Shown: in pieces, positions 10,078 through 20,222 of the stretch
Position numbering within the stretch: position 1 is the stretch's first letter
Layout: every line of letters starts with the position of its first letter
Assembly: GCA_965242865.1 (NCBI GenBank)
Contig: CBDETK010000013.1
Coordinates: 416,001-480,000 of the forward strand
Direction of reading: 5' to 3'
Length of the DNA: 64,000 bases
DNA from: Candidatus Latescibacterota bacterium
Lineage (GTDB): Bacteria > Latescibacterota > UBA2968 > UBA8231
Notes under the pieces: generated by a model
What the model was told of the DNA's origin: nothing
Databases searched by the model: none
The model's input: the letters and a program-made list of their open reading frames with translations, nothing else
Made by a program: the position numbers and the translations under genes

Positions 10078-10617
10078 ATGACCCAGCTCCACCCCTCTAC
10101 GGTCATTGAAGGCGTTTATGTCGCCGAGCTGCAATCGCACGGCGACGAGCGGGGCCGCTTTACCGAGGTGTATCGCAAGGAGTGGTTTCCCCAGCACAGC
10201 TCCGCCCTACAGTGGAACCGTTCGGACTCGCAACGGGGCGTGCTGCGCGGCCTGCACTATCACCACCGCCAAGTTGACTACTGGCACTGCGGCCTGGGCG
10301 CGTTGCGCGTCGGGCTGCTCGATTTGCGCCGCAGCTCGCCGACCTGCGGTCGGGGGCAGGTCATCGGATTGGGTCAAGAGCTATTGCAAGGCGTCTTTAT
10401 TCCGGCGGGGGTCGCGCACGGCTTTTACGCCGTTACCGACGCCATGCTTTTTTACTTGGTCGATGCTTACTACGACGGCACGGACGAGTGGGGGGTGGCT
10501 TGGGACGATCCCGACGGGGGATTGGACTGGGGCATTGCAGAGGGGCCGATTCTCTCTCCGCGCGATCGGGCGAACCCGCGACTGCGAGACATTCCCGCCG
10601 AGGATCTGCCGGGCTAG
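10078..10617 (+). CDS. rfbC: dTDP-4-dehydrorhamnose 3,5-epimerase family protein
   Basis: DERGRF, GVLRGLHY, IPAGVAHGF and WDDP motifs. Confidence 0.85.
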   Translation: MTQLHPSTVIEGVYVAELQSHGDERGRFTEVYRKEWFPQHSSALQWNRSDSQRGVLRGLHYHHRQVDYWHCGLGALRVGLLDLRRSSPTCGRGQVIGLGQELLQGVFIPAGVAHGFYAVTDAMLFYLVDAYYDGTDEWGVAWDDPDGGLDWGIAEGPILSPRDRANPRLRDIPAEDLPG

Positions 10618-10665
10618 GATACGTTGTTCGACAGCCGGGTACAAGGTTACAAAGGAGGTTACCGA

Positions 10666-11535
10666 ATGATTGCAGAGACGAGCACCGTAGTCTATCGAGC
10701 CATCAGCTTGGGTGCAGGAGCCCAGAGTTCAGTCCTAGCACTTCTCTTGTCTCGGTCTAACGCTCGCTTGGTCGAACTTGGGTATCCCAAGCCGGACGTC
10801 GCTATATTCGCCGACACCGGATGGGAGCCAGACTATGTGTACCGTCACTTGGACTGGCTCGAGGAGCAACTTGAGTATCCATTGCTTCGAGTGTCAGATG
10901 GCGACCTGAAGACCAACTTGAAAAAAGGACGCACGGTATCGAACCATCGCTTTGTCGATGTCCCTTTGTTCATGGTCAATCAGGATGGCAAGAAGGGCAT
11001 GCTGCGACGACAATGCACCAACCACTACAAGATCAGACCTATCTATCGGCGGATCAGGGAACTTGCAGGTGGACAGCGTGGACGGCCATTCCCGAAGGGT
11101 ACGCATGCCGAAATGTGGCTTGGGATTTCACTAGACGAGGTAGGCCGCATGAAACCGAGTAGGGAACCTTGGGTTGAGCATCGCTGGCCGCTTGTGGACC
11201 TCGGCATGTCGCGCCGCGATTGCGTTGAGTGGTTCGCCGCGGAGTATCCAAGCCGCCACTTGCCTAGGTCGGCCTGTGTAATATGCCCGTATCGGTCCGA
11301 CGAACATTGGCTCGAACTAAAGCGGTCGGAACCAGCCAGCTACGACGAAGCTGTAGAGTTCGACCGTTGGCTCCGACGAAGCAAAAAGACCCCTGTACGC
11401 AAGTTGCTGAATGGTCGCCCATACCTTCATGCCGCACGGCGGCCTCTTAGCAGCATCATAGAAGAACGGGAGATGGAAGGCGCGAACGAGATCAACAACT
11501 TCAATAACGAGTGCGAGGGCCTCTGCGGTGTCTGA
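10666..11535 (+). CDS. PP-loop adenine nucleotide alpha-hydrolase / PAPS-reductase-like Cys-rich protein
   Basis: ISLGAGAQSS PP-loop variant, FADTGWE, RQCTNHYKIRPI, GISLDE, RSACVICPY, ECEGLCGV; AAGGAGG RBS. Confidence 0.75.
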   Translation: MIAETSTVVYRAISLGAGAQSSVLALLLSRSNARLVELGYPKPDVAIFADTGWEPDYVYRHLDWLEEQLEYPLLRVSDGDLKTNLKKGRTVSNHRFVDVPLFMVNQDGKKGMLRRQCTNHYKIRPIYRRIRELAGGQRGRPFPKGTHAEMWLGISLDEVGRMKPSREPWVEHRWPLVDLGMSRRDCVEWFAAEYPSRHLPRSACVICPYRSDEHWLELKRSEPASYDEAVEFDRWLRRSKKTPVRKLLNGRPYLHAARRPLSSIIEEREMEGANEINNFNNECEGLCGV

Positions 11536-12775
11536 AACAGGGCTGATAACGGTCAGTCCTAAGTTCCCGCTATATCCCTATCAGCGGCAGGTGCTGACTG
11601 ACATCGTCCGTGCCCTATCATCTCCTGAGCGTCGAGCTGTGGCTCATCTTCCCACCGGTGCCGGAAAGACCAGAATCGCAGCTCATATAGCCTGCCACTT
11701 GCTGAATGAGAAAGATACCAACGATTCCCTCGTCATCTGGTTGGCGGCTACAGAGGAACTTTGCGAACAGGCGGCAGACCAACTCTCAGAGGCTTGGACT
11801 CATCTGGGACGACGAGATGCCTGCATTCATCGACACTGGGGAAGCCGGTCGCTTGATCTAAGGCGTCTCCCAGCTGGGTTCTTGGTGACAGGTCTTGCCA
11901 AACTGCGCTCCGCTGCATTCCAAGACAACACCCTTCTTGCCCACCTTGCCCACTGTGTCGCGGCCATCATCTTTGACGAAGCTCATCAGGCAGTTGCGAA
12001 AACCTACTCCTTTATAACTGAGCAGCTATGCAGTGTAAGGCCGCCACTTCTCGGTCTTACGGCCACGCCGGGCCGCTCAGCGAATCTGACTGAGGACGAC
12101 TATCGACTTGCCGGCATGTTCAATCACAACAAAGTTTCGATAGACCCACGAGGCCACGCCAATCCCGTCACCTATCTCATCCAAAACCGCTACTTGGCCG
12201 ACCCGCGCTTTGTGCCAGTCAGCTTCGAGTCTGATGCTGCCATCGCAGACCCGCAACCCGGCATGGATTACAGCAAGGATGATCTTGACCATATAGGCCA
12301 CAACCGCGAACGTACTGGCAGAATCGTCGAACTCGCTGAGGCCGCGGCTGCACGACACCTTCGCACCCTTGTGTTCTGCCCGTCGGTAGAAAGTGCCTTG
12401 GAATGCAACAAAATTCTGCGAGAAAAAGGGGTCGTAGCTAACGTCATTACCGCCAATACTCCCGGTGAAGACCGGCGAGTTATCATCGACGGTTTCAAAA
12501 GTGCCAGCAGGGATCATATCGTGTTGTTTAACTACGGCGTACTCACCGCCGGTTTCGACGCACCCCGGACGCGATGCGTCATCATCGCTCGCCCGACTAC
12601 TTCTCTAGTGCTTTACTCGCAAATGGCGGGACGAGCGATGCGCGGCCCTAGGGCAGGTGGAAATTCAAAAGCTGAGATACTCACCGTTGCCGACACGAAT
12701 CTCCCGGGATTCGGGTCTGTGACTGATGCCTTCACAAATTGGGAGGAACTATGGTCGACCAACTCGCCGAACTAA
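11528..12775 (+). CDS. SF2 DEAD/DEAH-box (ResIII-like) helicase
   Basis: PYQ, LPTGAGKT, DEAH, GLTATP, LTAGFDAP and QMAGRAMR motifs. Confidence 0.92.
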   Translation: MSETGLITVSPKFPLYPYQRQVLTDIVRALSSPERRAVAHLPTGAGKTRIAAHIACHLLNEKDTNDSLVIWLAATEELCEQAADQLSEAWTHLGRRDACIHRHWGSRSLDLRRLPAGFLVTGLAKLRSAAFQDNTLLAHLAHCVAAIIFDEAHQAVAKTYSFITEQLCSVRPPLLGLTATPGRSANLTEDDYRLAGMFNHNKVSIDPRGHANPVTYLIQNRYLADPRFVPVSFESDAAIADPQPGMDYSKDDLDHIGHNRERTGRIVELAEAAAARHLRTLVFCPSVESALECNKILREKGVVANVITANTPGEDRRVIIDGFKSASRDHIVLFNYGVLTAGFDAPRTRCVIIARPTTSLVLYSQMAGRAMRGPRAGGNSKAEILTVADTNLPGFGSVTDAFTNWEELWSTNSPN

Positions 12776-14604
12776 AAGACGCCGATCGCAGCCTCTTTCC
12801 AAGCGATTTAACCATACGTGCTCTACGAGATAGTCGGTATCACAACACCGCCTATGCCATTGCCGAACTCATCGACAACTCGATAGAGGCAAATGCTGGA
12901 CAGATTGACCTCCTCTGCATGGAAGAGCCTCAGAGAGTAAGGGCGCGGACTCAGCGACGAGTTTCCGAAGTGGCGGTCCTTGACAACGGCGATGGGATGG
13001 ACGTAAAGACCCTCCTTGACGCCCTCAAATTTGGCGGGGGAACCCGTCATAATTCGGATAGAGGAGTAGGGAAATACGGCATGGGCCTCCCCACCTCGTC
13101 GATGTCGCAATGCAAAAGGGTGGATGTATGGACGTGGCAGGATGGCCTAGATTCGGTATGGCACTCCAGCATAGACGCTGACGACATCGAGCAAGGGGAC
13201 CATGAGGTTCCCATTCCCGATCAAGAGACGCCTATACCCGAGGTCTGGAGAGAGGCCGGCAGCGACAAAATATATGAACATCGCTCGGGTACGCTTGTCG
13301 TTTGGAGCAAACTGGACAAAATTCAGTGGAGAACCGGCAGCACGATCCTCAGACACACAGCCCGAGAGGTCGGTCGGATCCATCGGCACTGGATTGATGC
13401 GGAGATGACAAAAATACGAGTCGGCTTTTTTCTCAAAAACCGCCCTACCGAAATTGAGAGCGAGGACTGTATTGTCGCAAACGATCCTCTCTACCTGATG
13501 AATCCTTCCTCTACTCCTGTGCCTTGGAGTAACGAACCGATGTTTAGAGAATGGGCCAAGAAAGAATATACGCCTACCGTGGAGGGCAAAGAGGTCACTA
13601 TTGAAGTGAAGTATTCAATCGTTAAGCCTGAAGCCTTGCAGACGAGCAGAGTTACGCAGAATCCCGGTGCTGAAAAGCATGGTACTCACGCCAGACACAA
13701 CATCGGCGTATCGGTCGTTCGGGAGGACAGGGAGATTGTGCTCGAAGACGCCTTTCTTAGGGAAGGTGGCAGTGCTGAGAATCCACAGAACCGCTGGTGG
13801 GGTTGCGAGGTGCATTTCCCTCGCAGTTGCGATGAGTTGTTTGGCGTAGATCACAACAAGCAGATGGCTGCAAATTTCACACATGCTGCGAAGACCCTCG
13901 CTCGTGACGACCGTCCCAATCAGGCAATACTAGACGAGATGGGAATCGACGACGACATCATCTATACCATAGTAGGAGATATCCGAGACCAAACACGTGC
14001 CATGATGCGTGAAATAAGGCAGATGTTTGATCAGAGATGGGACTCACAGAATGGGAGTGGCAGAAAAAGCCCCGAAAAGAAAGCCGCGAAGACCGCTACT
14101 GACGCAGACAGAGACGCTATAGAAGCCGGTAAAGAGACGCCGACTAAGACTGATAGAGACCGTGAGCAAATTCCGCCCCAAGAGCGGGAGGCTCGCCTTA
14201 CGGAACAGTTCAAAGCATCTGGTCGGGCCGATCAAGATGCCCAACAACTCGCGAAGCAGTTGGTAGAGGAAGACCTCTCGTACCAGTTCAACTCGGATCA
14301 GCTCGACGGATCCCAGATTTTTAACGTGCGCTCGAACCAAGGAGTTCTGCACATCAATCTCAACACCGACCACCCGATCTATAACCTCCTCAAGCACATT
14401 GAAGACGACCTTCCAGAAGATATAGACGAGAGCAACCCTGCATTCCAAGCCAGCGTTGCGATCAGATTATTGTTGTCGTCGTGGGCTCGAATGGAAGATC
14501 AGACCGAATCACGTGAGGAGCGAATACGCATTCAGGACATTGCCATAAACTGGGGTCGTCAGGTAGATAAGGCCATCAATCAACTGCGCGATAGAGAGGG
14601 CTAG
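12751..14604 (+). CDS. MORC-like GHKL ATPase
   Basis: AIAELIDNSIEA, DNGDGM, GKYGMGL and GTLV Bergerat motifs; C-terminal LNTDHP. Confidence 0.85.
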   Translation: MVDQLAELKDADRSLFPSDLTIRALRDSRYHNTAYAIAELIDNSIEANAGQIDLLCMEEPQRVRARTQRRVSEVAVLDNGDGMDVKTLLDALKFGGGTRHNSDRGVGKYGMGLPTSSMSQCKRVDVWTWQDGLDSVWHSSIDADDIEQGDHEVPIPDQETPIPEVWREAGSDKIYEHRSGTLVVWSKLDKIQWRTGSTILRHTAREVGRIHRHWIDAEMTKIRVGFFLKNRPTEIESEDCIVANDPLYLMNPSSTPVPWSNEPMFREWAKKEYTPTVEGKEVTIEVKYSIVKPEALQTSRVTQNPGAEKHGTHARHNIGVSVVREDREIVLEDAFLREGGSAENPQNRWWGCEVHFPRSCDELFGVDHNKQMAANFTHAAKTLARDDRPNQAILDEMGIDDDIIYTIVGDIRDQTRAMMREIRQMFDQRWDSQNGSGRKSPEKKAAKTATDADRDAIEAGKETPTKTDRDREQIPPQEREARLTEQFKASGRADQDAQQLAKQLVEEDLSYQFNSDQLDGSQIFNVRSNQGVLHINLNTDHPIYNLLKHIEDDLPEDIDESNPAFQASVAIRLLLSSWARMEDQTESREERIRIQDIAINWGRQVDKAINQLRDREG

Positions 14605-14606
14605 GA

Positions 14607-15452
14607 ATGTACGGGCGGCCCGGAGACCTGTTGAGCAATGTTTGTTCAGGTGCCCAACATCTCATCATGGCGGCACCGTACATCAAGGCTGATGCTCTCA
14701 CTAAAGTTCTGGCCGCCGTTAGCCCGGCAGCATCCCTTATATGCATTACGCGGTGGAATCTGCACGACCTCGCGGTGGGTGCTTCCGACACCGAATGCCG
14801 CACTATTGTCACTGAACGTGGAGGCTCATTCAGGCTCCACCCCTCTCTTCACGCCAAATACTATCGAGTCGATAACGTGGTCCTCATCGGGTCTGCTAAT
14901 CTGACCTCTTCCGCATTGGGCTGGTCGCGCCAGCCTAATCTGGAAATTCTCTGTCGTCCAAGAGACGACTTTGACGCGGACGCCTTTCAGCAGTTTCTGT
15001 TTGAAGGAGCAAGAGAAATCGGCGCTGAGGAATTCGCACATTGGGAATCCATAGCTAAAATCGGTGCGCGAGAGGCGGGAAAGGCAGCTAGCGGCCAACC
15101 CCGGCTTGACACTTGGCGACCGGCAACTCGCGACTTTAGGAACTTAGAACTCGCCTATCAGGGTAGAGAAGATGAGATCGCTTCATTCGACGAGCAGCGA
15201 GCGGCGCAGCGCGACATCCACACGCTCCTAATCCCGCCGAGCTCAACCGCTGAACAGGTCCGAATGTGGGCATCGGCTTGTCTGCTTGCTGCTCCCTTTA
15301 CCAACGCCGTGATACGGCTGCATGGTATAGAGGAACCAGATGCTTCCCGCTCGCTTGCTGCGGCCTATAATCTCGGAAGAGCTGAGGCTCGCAGAGACAT
15401 GGAAACTGTCCAGAACTGGCTCGCATTCCTCATGCCAGAATTACTGAACTGA
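14607..15452 (+). CDS. Phospholipase D-like (single HKD) nuclease-family protein
   Basis: APYI, LHAKYYRVD and IGSANLT motifs. Confidence 0.82.
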   Translation: MYGRPGDLLSNVCSGAQHLIMAAPYIKADALTKVLAAVSPAASLICITRWNLHDLAVGASDTECRTIVTERGGSFRLHPSLHAKYYRVDNVVLIGSANLTSSALGWSRQPNLEILCRPRDDFDADAFQQFLFEGAREIGAEEFAHWESIAKIGAREAGKAASGQPRLDTWRPATRDFRNLELAYQGREDEIASFDEQRAAQRDIHTLLIPPSSTAEQVRMWASACLLAAPFTNAVIRLHGIEEPDASRSLAAAYNLGRAEARRDMETVQNWLAFLMPELLN

Positions 15453-15530
15453 AAGGACGCCGATTCTATCGCCGTGCGATCGGGCGAATCCGCGTTGAGG
15501 GATATTCCACAGAGAGGAGATGCCGACCTA

Positions 15531-16394
15531 ATGACATTTGATTTGATAAAAGCCCTCTTAGACACGCAAGCCCTGCGCCTCGCCCCACCGGGCGAAGTCT
15601 TTTGGTACACCTCGGGTACGGTAGGGCCCTACTACCTCAACGCGCACTATCTCTACGGCGGCCCGGCCGCGGCGACCGAATTGCTATCCTTCATCGACGC
15701 GGCCAAAGAGCAGGAGAGCTTCCCCCAGTGCTTGCGGGAGCGCGTCTTAAAGCAGTGCGCTGAGGACGCCATCTATCGCCAAGTCATCGACGCCTTGGTC
15801 GCACAAGCGCGGGCCAGCCGAGCGCGGTTCGACGCAGTGTCCGGTGGCGAGCGCCGCGACTGGTTTTTTTCACTGGCCGTGGCCGAGCGGTTGGGCAAGC
15901 CCGCATTGCTAATTTACAAGGATCGGCGCACCGCGTTATTGGAGGGGGACGCGCTGCGCCCGATAGCGGCCAACGAAATGGACGCGCTGCACGTGGCCGA
16001 TATGGTGACCGAAGCGTCGAGTTACCTCCGCGCTTGGATTCCGGCGATCGCGGCCGGTGGCGGGCGAATCGCCTATGCGGCCAATGTGGTCGATCGCGGG
16101 CAAGGCGGCCTAGAAGTGCTCAAAGCCGAGGGCGTGGCGGCCGGAGCCCTTATGAGGGTGGATGAGGCGTTCTTTGGGCGCCTAGGCGAACTGGGGCAGG
16201 TAGATGAGGCGCAACGGGCGAGGCTGATTGAGTACTACCGCGATCCGTACGGAGCGATGCGGGCCTTCTTGGCGGCGCATCCCGAGTTTTTGCGGAACGC
16301 ACTCCGCGGCGGCGATGCCCGGGCAGCGCAACGCGCCCGCTTGCTCCTCGCCGAAAACCCCTACGCGCTCAACGAGGCCCTCTGGCGGGGCTGA
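15531..16394 (+). CDS. Orotate phosphoribosyltransferase-like PRTase
   Basis: YTSGTVGPYY, SGGERRDWFFS and PRPP loop HVADMVTEASS. Confidence 0.7.
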   Translation: MTFDLIKALLDTQALRLAPPGEVFWYTSGTVGPYYLNAHYLYGGPAAATELLSFIDAAKEQESFPQCLRERVLKQCAEDAIYRQVIDALVAQARASRARFDAVSGGERRDWFFSLAVAERLGKPALLIYKDRRTALLEGDALRPIAANEMDALHVADMVTEASSYLRAWIPAIAAGGGRIAYAANVVDRGQGGLEVLKAEGVAAGALMRVDEAFFGRLGELGQVDEAQRARLIEYYRDPYGAMRAFLAAHPEFLRNALRGGDARAAQRARLLLAENPYALNEALWRG

Positions 16395-16395
16395 C

Positions 16396-19300
16396 CTAGC
16401 CGGCGGCCGCTTCCAATTCCTCGCCCTCGACCCGCACTGAAACGAGCTGCGAAACCCCTTCCTCGGGCATGGTGACGCCGTGCAGGGCGTCGGCTGCCGC
16501 CATGGTGATCTTGTTATGAGTCACCACGACGAATTGCGTTTCTCGGGCAAACTCCTTGAGCACGCGCACGAAGCGGTTGATGTTGGCGTCGTCGAGCGGG
16601 GCATCGACCTCGTCGAGGATGCAGAACGGGCTGGGCTTGACTTGGTAGATGGCAAAGAGCAACGAGATGGCCGTCAGCGCCCGCTCGCCGCCCGACAGCA
16701 GGGCAATGTTTTGCAGACGCTTGCCGCGAGGGCGGGCGATGATGTCGATGCGGGCCTCTAGGGCATCGACGTTTTCTTCGAGGCGGAGGTCGGCTTCGCC
16801 GCCGGGGAAAAAGCGGACAAAGGTCCCCTTAAACTGCTCGCGGATCTGCTCGAAAGACTGGAGAAACATCCGCCGCGCCCGGCGGTCGATCAGGCTGAGG
16901 GTCTTCTTCAGGTCCTCGGCCGCGATCACCAGGTCGTCGCGCTGGTGGCGGAGAAAGTCGTAGCGCTCCTTTTGTTCCCGGTGTTCTTCCAATACGCCTA
17001 AATGTACCGAACCCAAGCGGTGTAGGGACTGACGCAGTTGGTCGAGGCGCTGTTGGGCCGCTTCCTCGTCAAGGGCTTCGTCGAGAGGCCCCATGGCCGC
17101 GACATCGCAGTGATGCTCCTCCTGCAAGCGCGTGCGAATGTGCTCGGTCTGTAGCTGCAACTCGGAGACGCGCACTTCGAGGCTTGCTCGCCGCTCGCGC
17201 TGGTCGTTGAGCTGCCGCTGTAGGTGGCTGATGTTTTCCTGCAACTCGCGGTTTTGGGCATTGGCCGCGGCCCAGTGCTGGCGGCGTTGGTCTTGCTCGG
17301 CGGCCAAGGTCTCGCGGCCCTGATGCAGCCCCTTGAGCTCGTCGGCCAAGGCGGTGCTGCGCGTACTGCATTCGACCTGCTGGCGCTCGGCCTCGGTCCC
17401 TTCAGCCGCTAGACGCTCCATGTTGTTGTGCAGGTTGGCGTCGATGCTTTTTAAGCGAGCGGCGTCTCGCTCTAGTCCTTGGATTATTTCGGTGGTGCGG
17501 GCGTGTTCCACCTGCAGCTCGCCCAGTGCTTCGCGCTGTGCGTGCCGGCGGGTTTCGCTCTGCTTGAGCTCCTCTTCCAAGGCACTGCTTTCCTCGCTGA
17601 GGCGGGTGCTTGCGGCCTCGTTGTGGCGCAGGCGCTCGGCTCGTTCGGCAATGCTTTGGTCGAGGGCTTGGCGGCGCTGGGCCAAGCGGGTGCTCTCGCT
17701 GTGGAGCTGCTCGAGGCGGGCGGCCAGTCGCTCGGCGTCCGCGCCGGCGCGTTGGTGTTGGTGGGCCTGCTCGCGCTCGTTGGCTCGCTCCGTTTCGCTC
17801 TCGGCGGCCAAGGTCTCTAGGCGGTGGGCGAGCGCGTCGAGGTGCTCGGTGAGCGCGTCGAGTCGGGGGCCTAAGGCCGCATGGCGCGCGGTTTGGTGAG
17901 CCACGAGCGAGCGCAGGGCGCGGATTTCCCGGCCGCGCCCGAGGACTCCCGAATCCTCGGCTTGGCTCTGGCCGCCCGAGGCGAGGCCAAACAGATCGAT
18001 GGCTTCGCCGTCCATTGTGACACAGCGCATGTACGCACTCGGATAGCGGCGCGTCAGGGCCAGCGCGGTTTGCAGGTCGTCAACGAGAAAGGTGTTGTGC
18101 AAGAGGCCGGCGATCAGTGGGGCGATGGAGGCGTCGGGCCGCACGCAATTGAGCAGCGGGCCGTGCAGCCCGGGCATGGGGTCGGGGACCAAAACCGGGC
18201 CGAGGGGGCGCGGAGGGGCCTCTAGCGAGAGGATGCCGACGCGCCCAGAACGCGCCCGGAGATGGGCAATGCCTTTGAGCAAGCCGCGGTCCGAATGGGC
18301 GATCAGCGCCTGAAGGGCCTCGCCGAGAGCGACCTCGACCGCCCGGGCGCGGGCGGGTTCGACTTCGACTAGGTCGCCGAGGACGCCGCGGAACAGGGCC
18401 GTATGCGGCGATTCAAGCATCAAGGTCCGCACCCCACTCTGATAGCCTTCGTAGCCGGCGCGAACTTTTTCGAGGGCTTGGAGCCGCGCTTGGTTGGCCT
18501 CGGCCGCGCGCCGCGCCCCGTCGCGTTGGACGCCGAGTTCGCGGAGGTCCTGCTCGATTTGGTCGCGCTCGGCGCGGGCCGCGGTGCGCTGGTGCTGGCA
18601 GCGGGATAGTTGCTGCCGAGTTGCGGCTAGGGCGGCTTCGGCTTCGGCCGCCGCTTGCAGGGCTTGGTCGCGCTCGGCCACGACCGTGGACTCTTCGCCG
18701 CGCATGGCAACGACGCGCTCGTCGAGCGCGTCGCGCTCGGCCTGATGACGCTCGAGTGCCCGGCTTATTTCGCCGCCTTGGCGCAGGTGCTCCATGCGCC
18801 CGCGCTGGCGTTGGGCCAACTCGGCGCGGTAGCGGTTGTATTCCTCTTCGGCCTGAGCGGCGCGCTGCTGGTGTTCCTGCAAGGCGCGCTCTACGCGCAC
18901 AAAGGCGGTCCGCACTTGGTCGCGGTGCGCGGTATTGTCGCGGCGCTGCTGCTGCACGGCTTCGAGCTGGCTTTTGTAATCCGCGTGTTCACGGGCCGTG
19001 CGCTCGCGGATTTGTTCGGCCGCCTCGCCCCGCTCGCGCACGGCGACGAGGAGCTGTTCGCGCTCGTGGATGGCCTCGATGCGGCGATTGAGTTCGAGGC
19101 CGGCTTGCTGCATGGCCTTCTCGGCTTCGGTCAGCGCGAGGCGCACCTTTTCGAGCTCGGCCTCGCGGGCGGTAAAGCGGGTATAGCCGGCTTCGGTGGC
19201 TTGGCTGAGGGCGGCAAATTCGTCTTGCAGGGGGGAGATTTGGGCGCTGAGGGCGAAGAAACGCTGGCGGCCCAAGCGCACATCGAGCTGGTCGAGCTCC

Positions 19301-19959
19301 TCTTTGAGCTCGCGGTAGCGGCGCGCCCGGCCAACTTGGCGGCCGAGATGGTCCACTTGGCGCTTGACCTCGACGATGATGTCCTCAATCCGCTGTAAAT
19401 CGGCTTGGGCAGCCTCAATGCGGTTCCAGGTGGAGCGCCGCTGAACTTTGTACTTGGTGATGCCGGCGGCCTCTTCGAGGATGCGGCGGCGGTTGTCGGT
19501 CTTGTCGCTGATGATTTCATCGACCATGCCCTGCTCCATTACGGCATAAGCGCCTTGGCCCAAGCCGGTGTCCATGAGCAGGTTGGTGATGTCTAAGAGG
19601 CGACAGGGGATTTTGTTGAGGAGATAATCGCTTTCGCCGGAGCGGAAAAGCCGTCGGGTGAGCACGACCTCGGCGAATTCGATGGGCAGCGCGTTATCGC
19701 GGTTGGCGATTTTTAGCGCGACTTCGGCCATGCCGAGGGCCTTGCGCTGGCGGGTGCCGGCAAATATCACGTCCTCCATGCGCTGGCTGCGGAAAGCGCC
19801 GGCGCGCTGTTCGCCTAAAACCCAGCGGATGGCCTCCACCACGTTGGACTTGCCGCAGCCGTTGGGGCCGACGATGGCCGTAATGCCCGGCTCAAAGGGA
19901 ATGACGATTTTTTGGGCAAAGGACTTAAAACCGAAAATCTCGAGTTGATTGAGGCGCAC
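16396..19959 (-). CDS. smc: Chromosome segregation protein SMC
   Basis: GFKSF, GPNGCGKSN, coiled coils with hinge, LSGGE, LDEVDAPLD. Confidence 0.97.
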   Translation of the reverse strand: MRLNQLEIFGFKSFAQKIVIPFEPGITAIVGPNGCGKSNVVEAIRWVLGEQRAGAFRSQRMEDVIFAGTRQRKALGMAEVALKIANRDNALPIEFAEVVLTRRLFRSGESDYLLNKIPCRLLDITNLLMDTGLGQGAYAVMEQGMVDEIISDKTDNRRRILEEAAGITKYKVQRRSTWNRIEAAQADLQRIEDIIVEVKRQVDHLGRQVGRARRYRELKEELDQLDVRLGRQRFFALSAQISPLQDEFAALSQATEAGYTRFTAREAELEKVRLALTEAEKAMQQAGLELNRRIEAIHEREQLLVAVRERGEAAEQIRERTAREHADYKSQLEAVQQQRRDNTAHRDQVRTAFVRVERALQEHQQRAAQAEEEYNRYRAELAQRQRGRMEHLRQGGEISRALERHQAERDALDERVVAMRGEESTVVAERDQALQAAAEAEAALAATRQQLSRCQHQRTAARAERDQIEQDLRELGVQRDGARRAAEANQARLQALEKVRAGYEGYQSGVRTLMLESPHTALFRGVLGDLVEVEPARARAVEVALGEALQALIAHSDRGLLKGIAHLRARSGRVGILSLEAPPRPLGPVLVPDPMPGLHGPLLNCVRPDASIAPLIAGLLHNTFLVDDLQTALALTRRYPSAYMRCVTMDGEAIDLFGLASGGQSQAEDSGVLGRGREIRALRSLVAHQTARHAALGPRLDALTEHLDALAHRLETLAAESETERANEREQAHQHQRAGADAERLAARLEQLHSESTRLAQRRQALDQSIAERAERLRHNEAASTRLSEESSALEEELKQSETRRHAQREALGELQVEHARTTEIIQGLERDAARLKSIDANLHNNMERLAAEGTEAERQQVECSTRSTALADELKGLHQGRETLAAEQDQRRQHWAAANAQNRELQENISHLQRQLNDQRERRASLEVRVSELQLQTEHIRTRLQEEHHCDVAAMGPLDEALDEEAAQQRLDQLRQSLHRLGSVHLGVLEEHREQKERYDFLRHQRDDLVIAAEDLKKTLSLIDRRARRMFLQSFEQIREQFKGTFVRFFPGGEADLRLEENVDALEARIDIIARPRGKRLQNIALLSGGERALTAISLLFAIYQVKPSPFCILDEVDAPLDDANINRFVRVLKEFARETQFVVVTHNKITMAAADALHGVTMPEEGVSQLVSVRVEGEELEAAAG

Positions 19960-20146
19960 GGTTGAGCTCCTGCCGGGCGCTGGGGAGGGCGCGCTCCGCT
20001 GGGGAGAAGGTGAGGGGCGGGCAATGCTAGGGGAGTGCGAAATGGCTTGGGGGAGCCACTGTCGTGCGGCAAAGTATAGGCATTGAGCGGGCGCGCTACA
20101 AGCCCTTGCGCCACTTTTGGCGATGCGTGATATTTAACCCTGTTTT

Positions 20147-20188
20147 GCGGGGCGGAAGGGGTCGGCGCAGCCAGCCCCGTCTTTTTTT
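20147..20188 (+). terminator. Terminator-like hairpin in the gatC-pyrG leader
   Basis: GC-rich stem ending GCCCCGT followed by a run of 7 T, ~35 bp before gatC. Confidence 0.4.
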
Positions 20189-20222
20189 GCTTTTACTCCA
20201 TCAATCAAAATCAACGTTCATC

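Noticed and set aside
10666-15452. Assignment to Dnd, Ssp or DISARM
   Set aside because: No DndD/DndE, SspB/SspC, methyltransferase or DrmB-type gene is present
10618-15530. Integrative element or prophage
   Set aside because: No integrase, transposase, tRNA target or convincing flanking direct repeats seen
20140-20190. SRP RNA or tRNA
   Set aside because: Too short and lacks the SRP helix-8 motif or a cloverleaf
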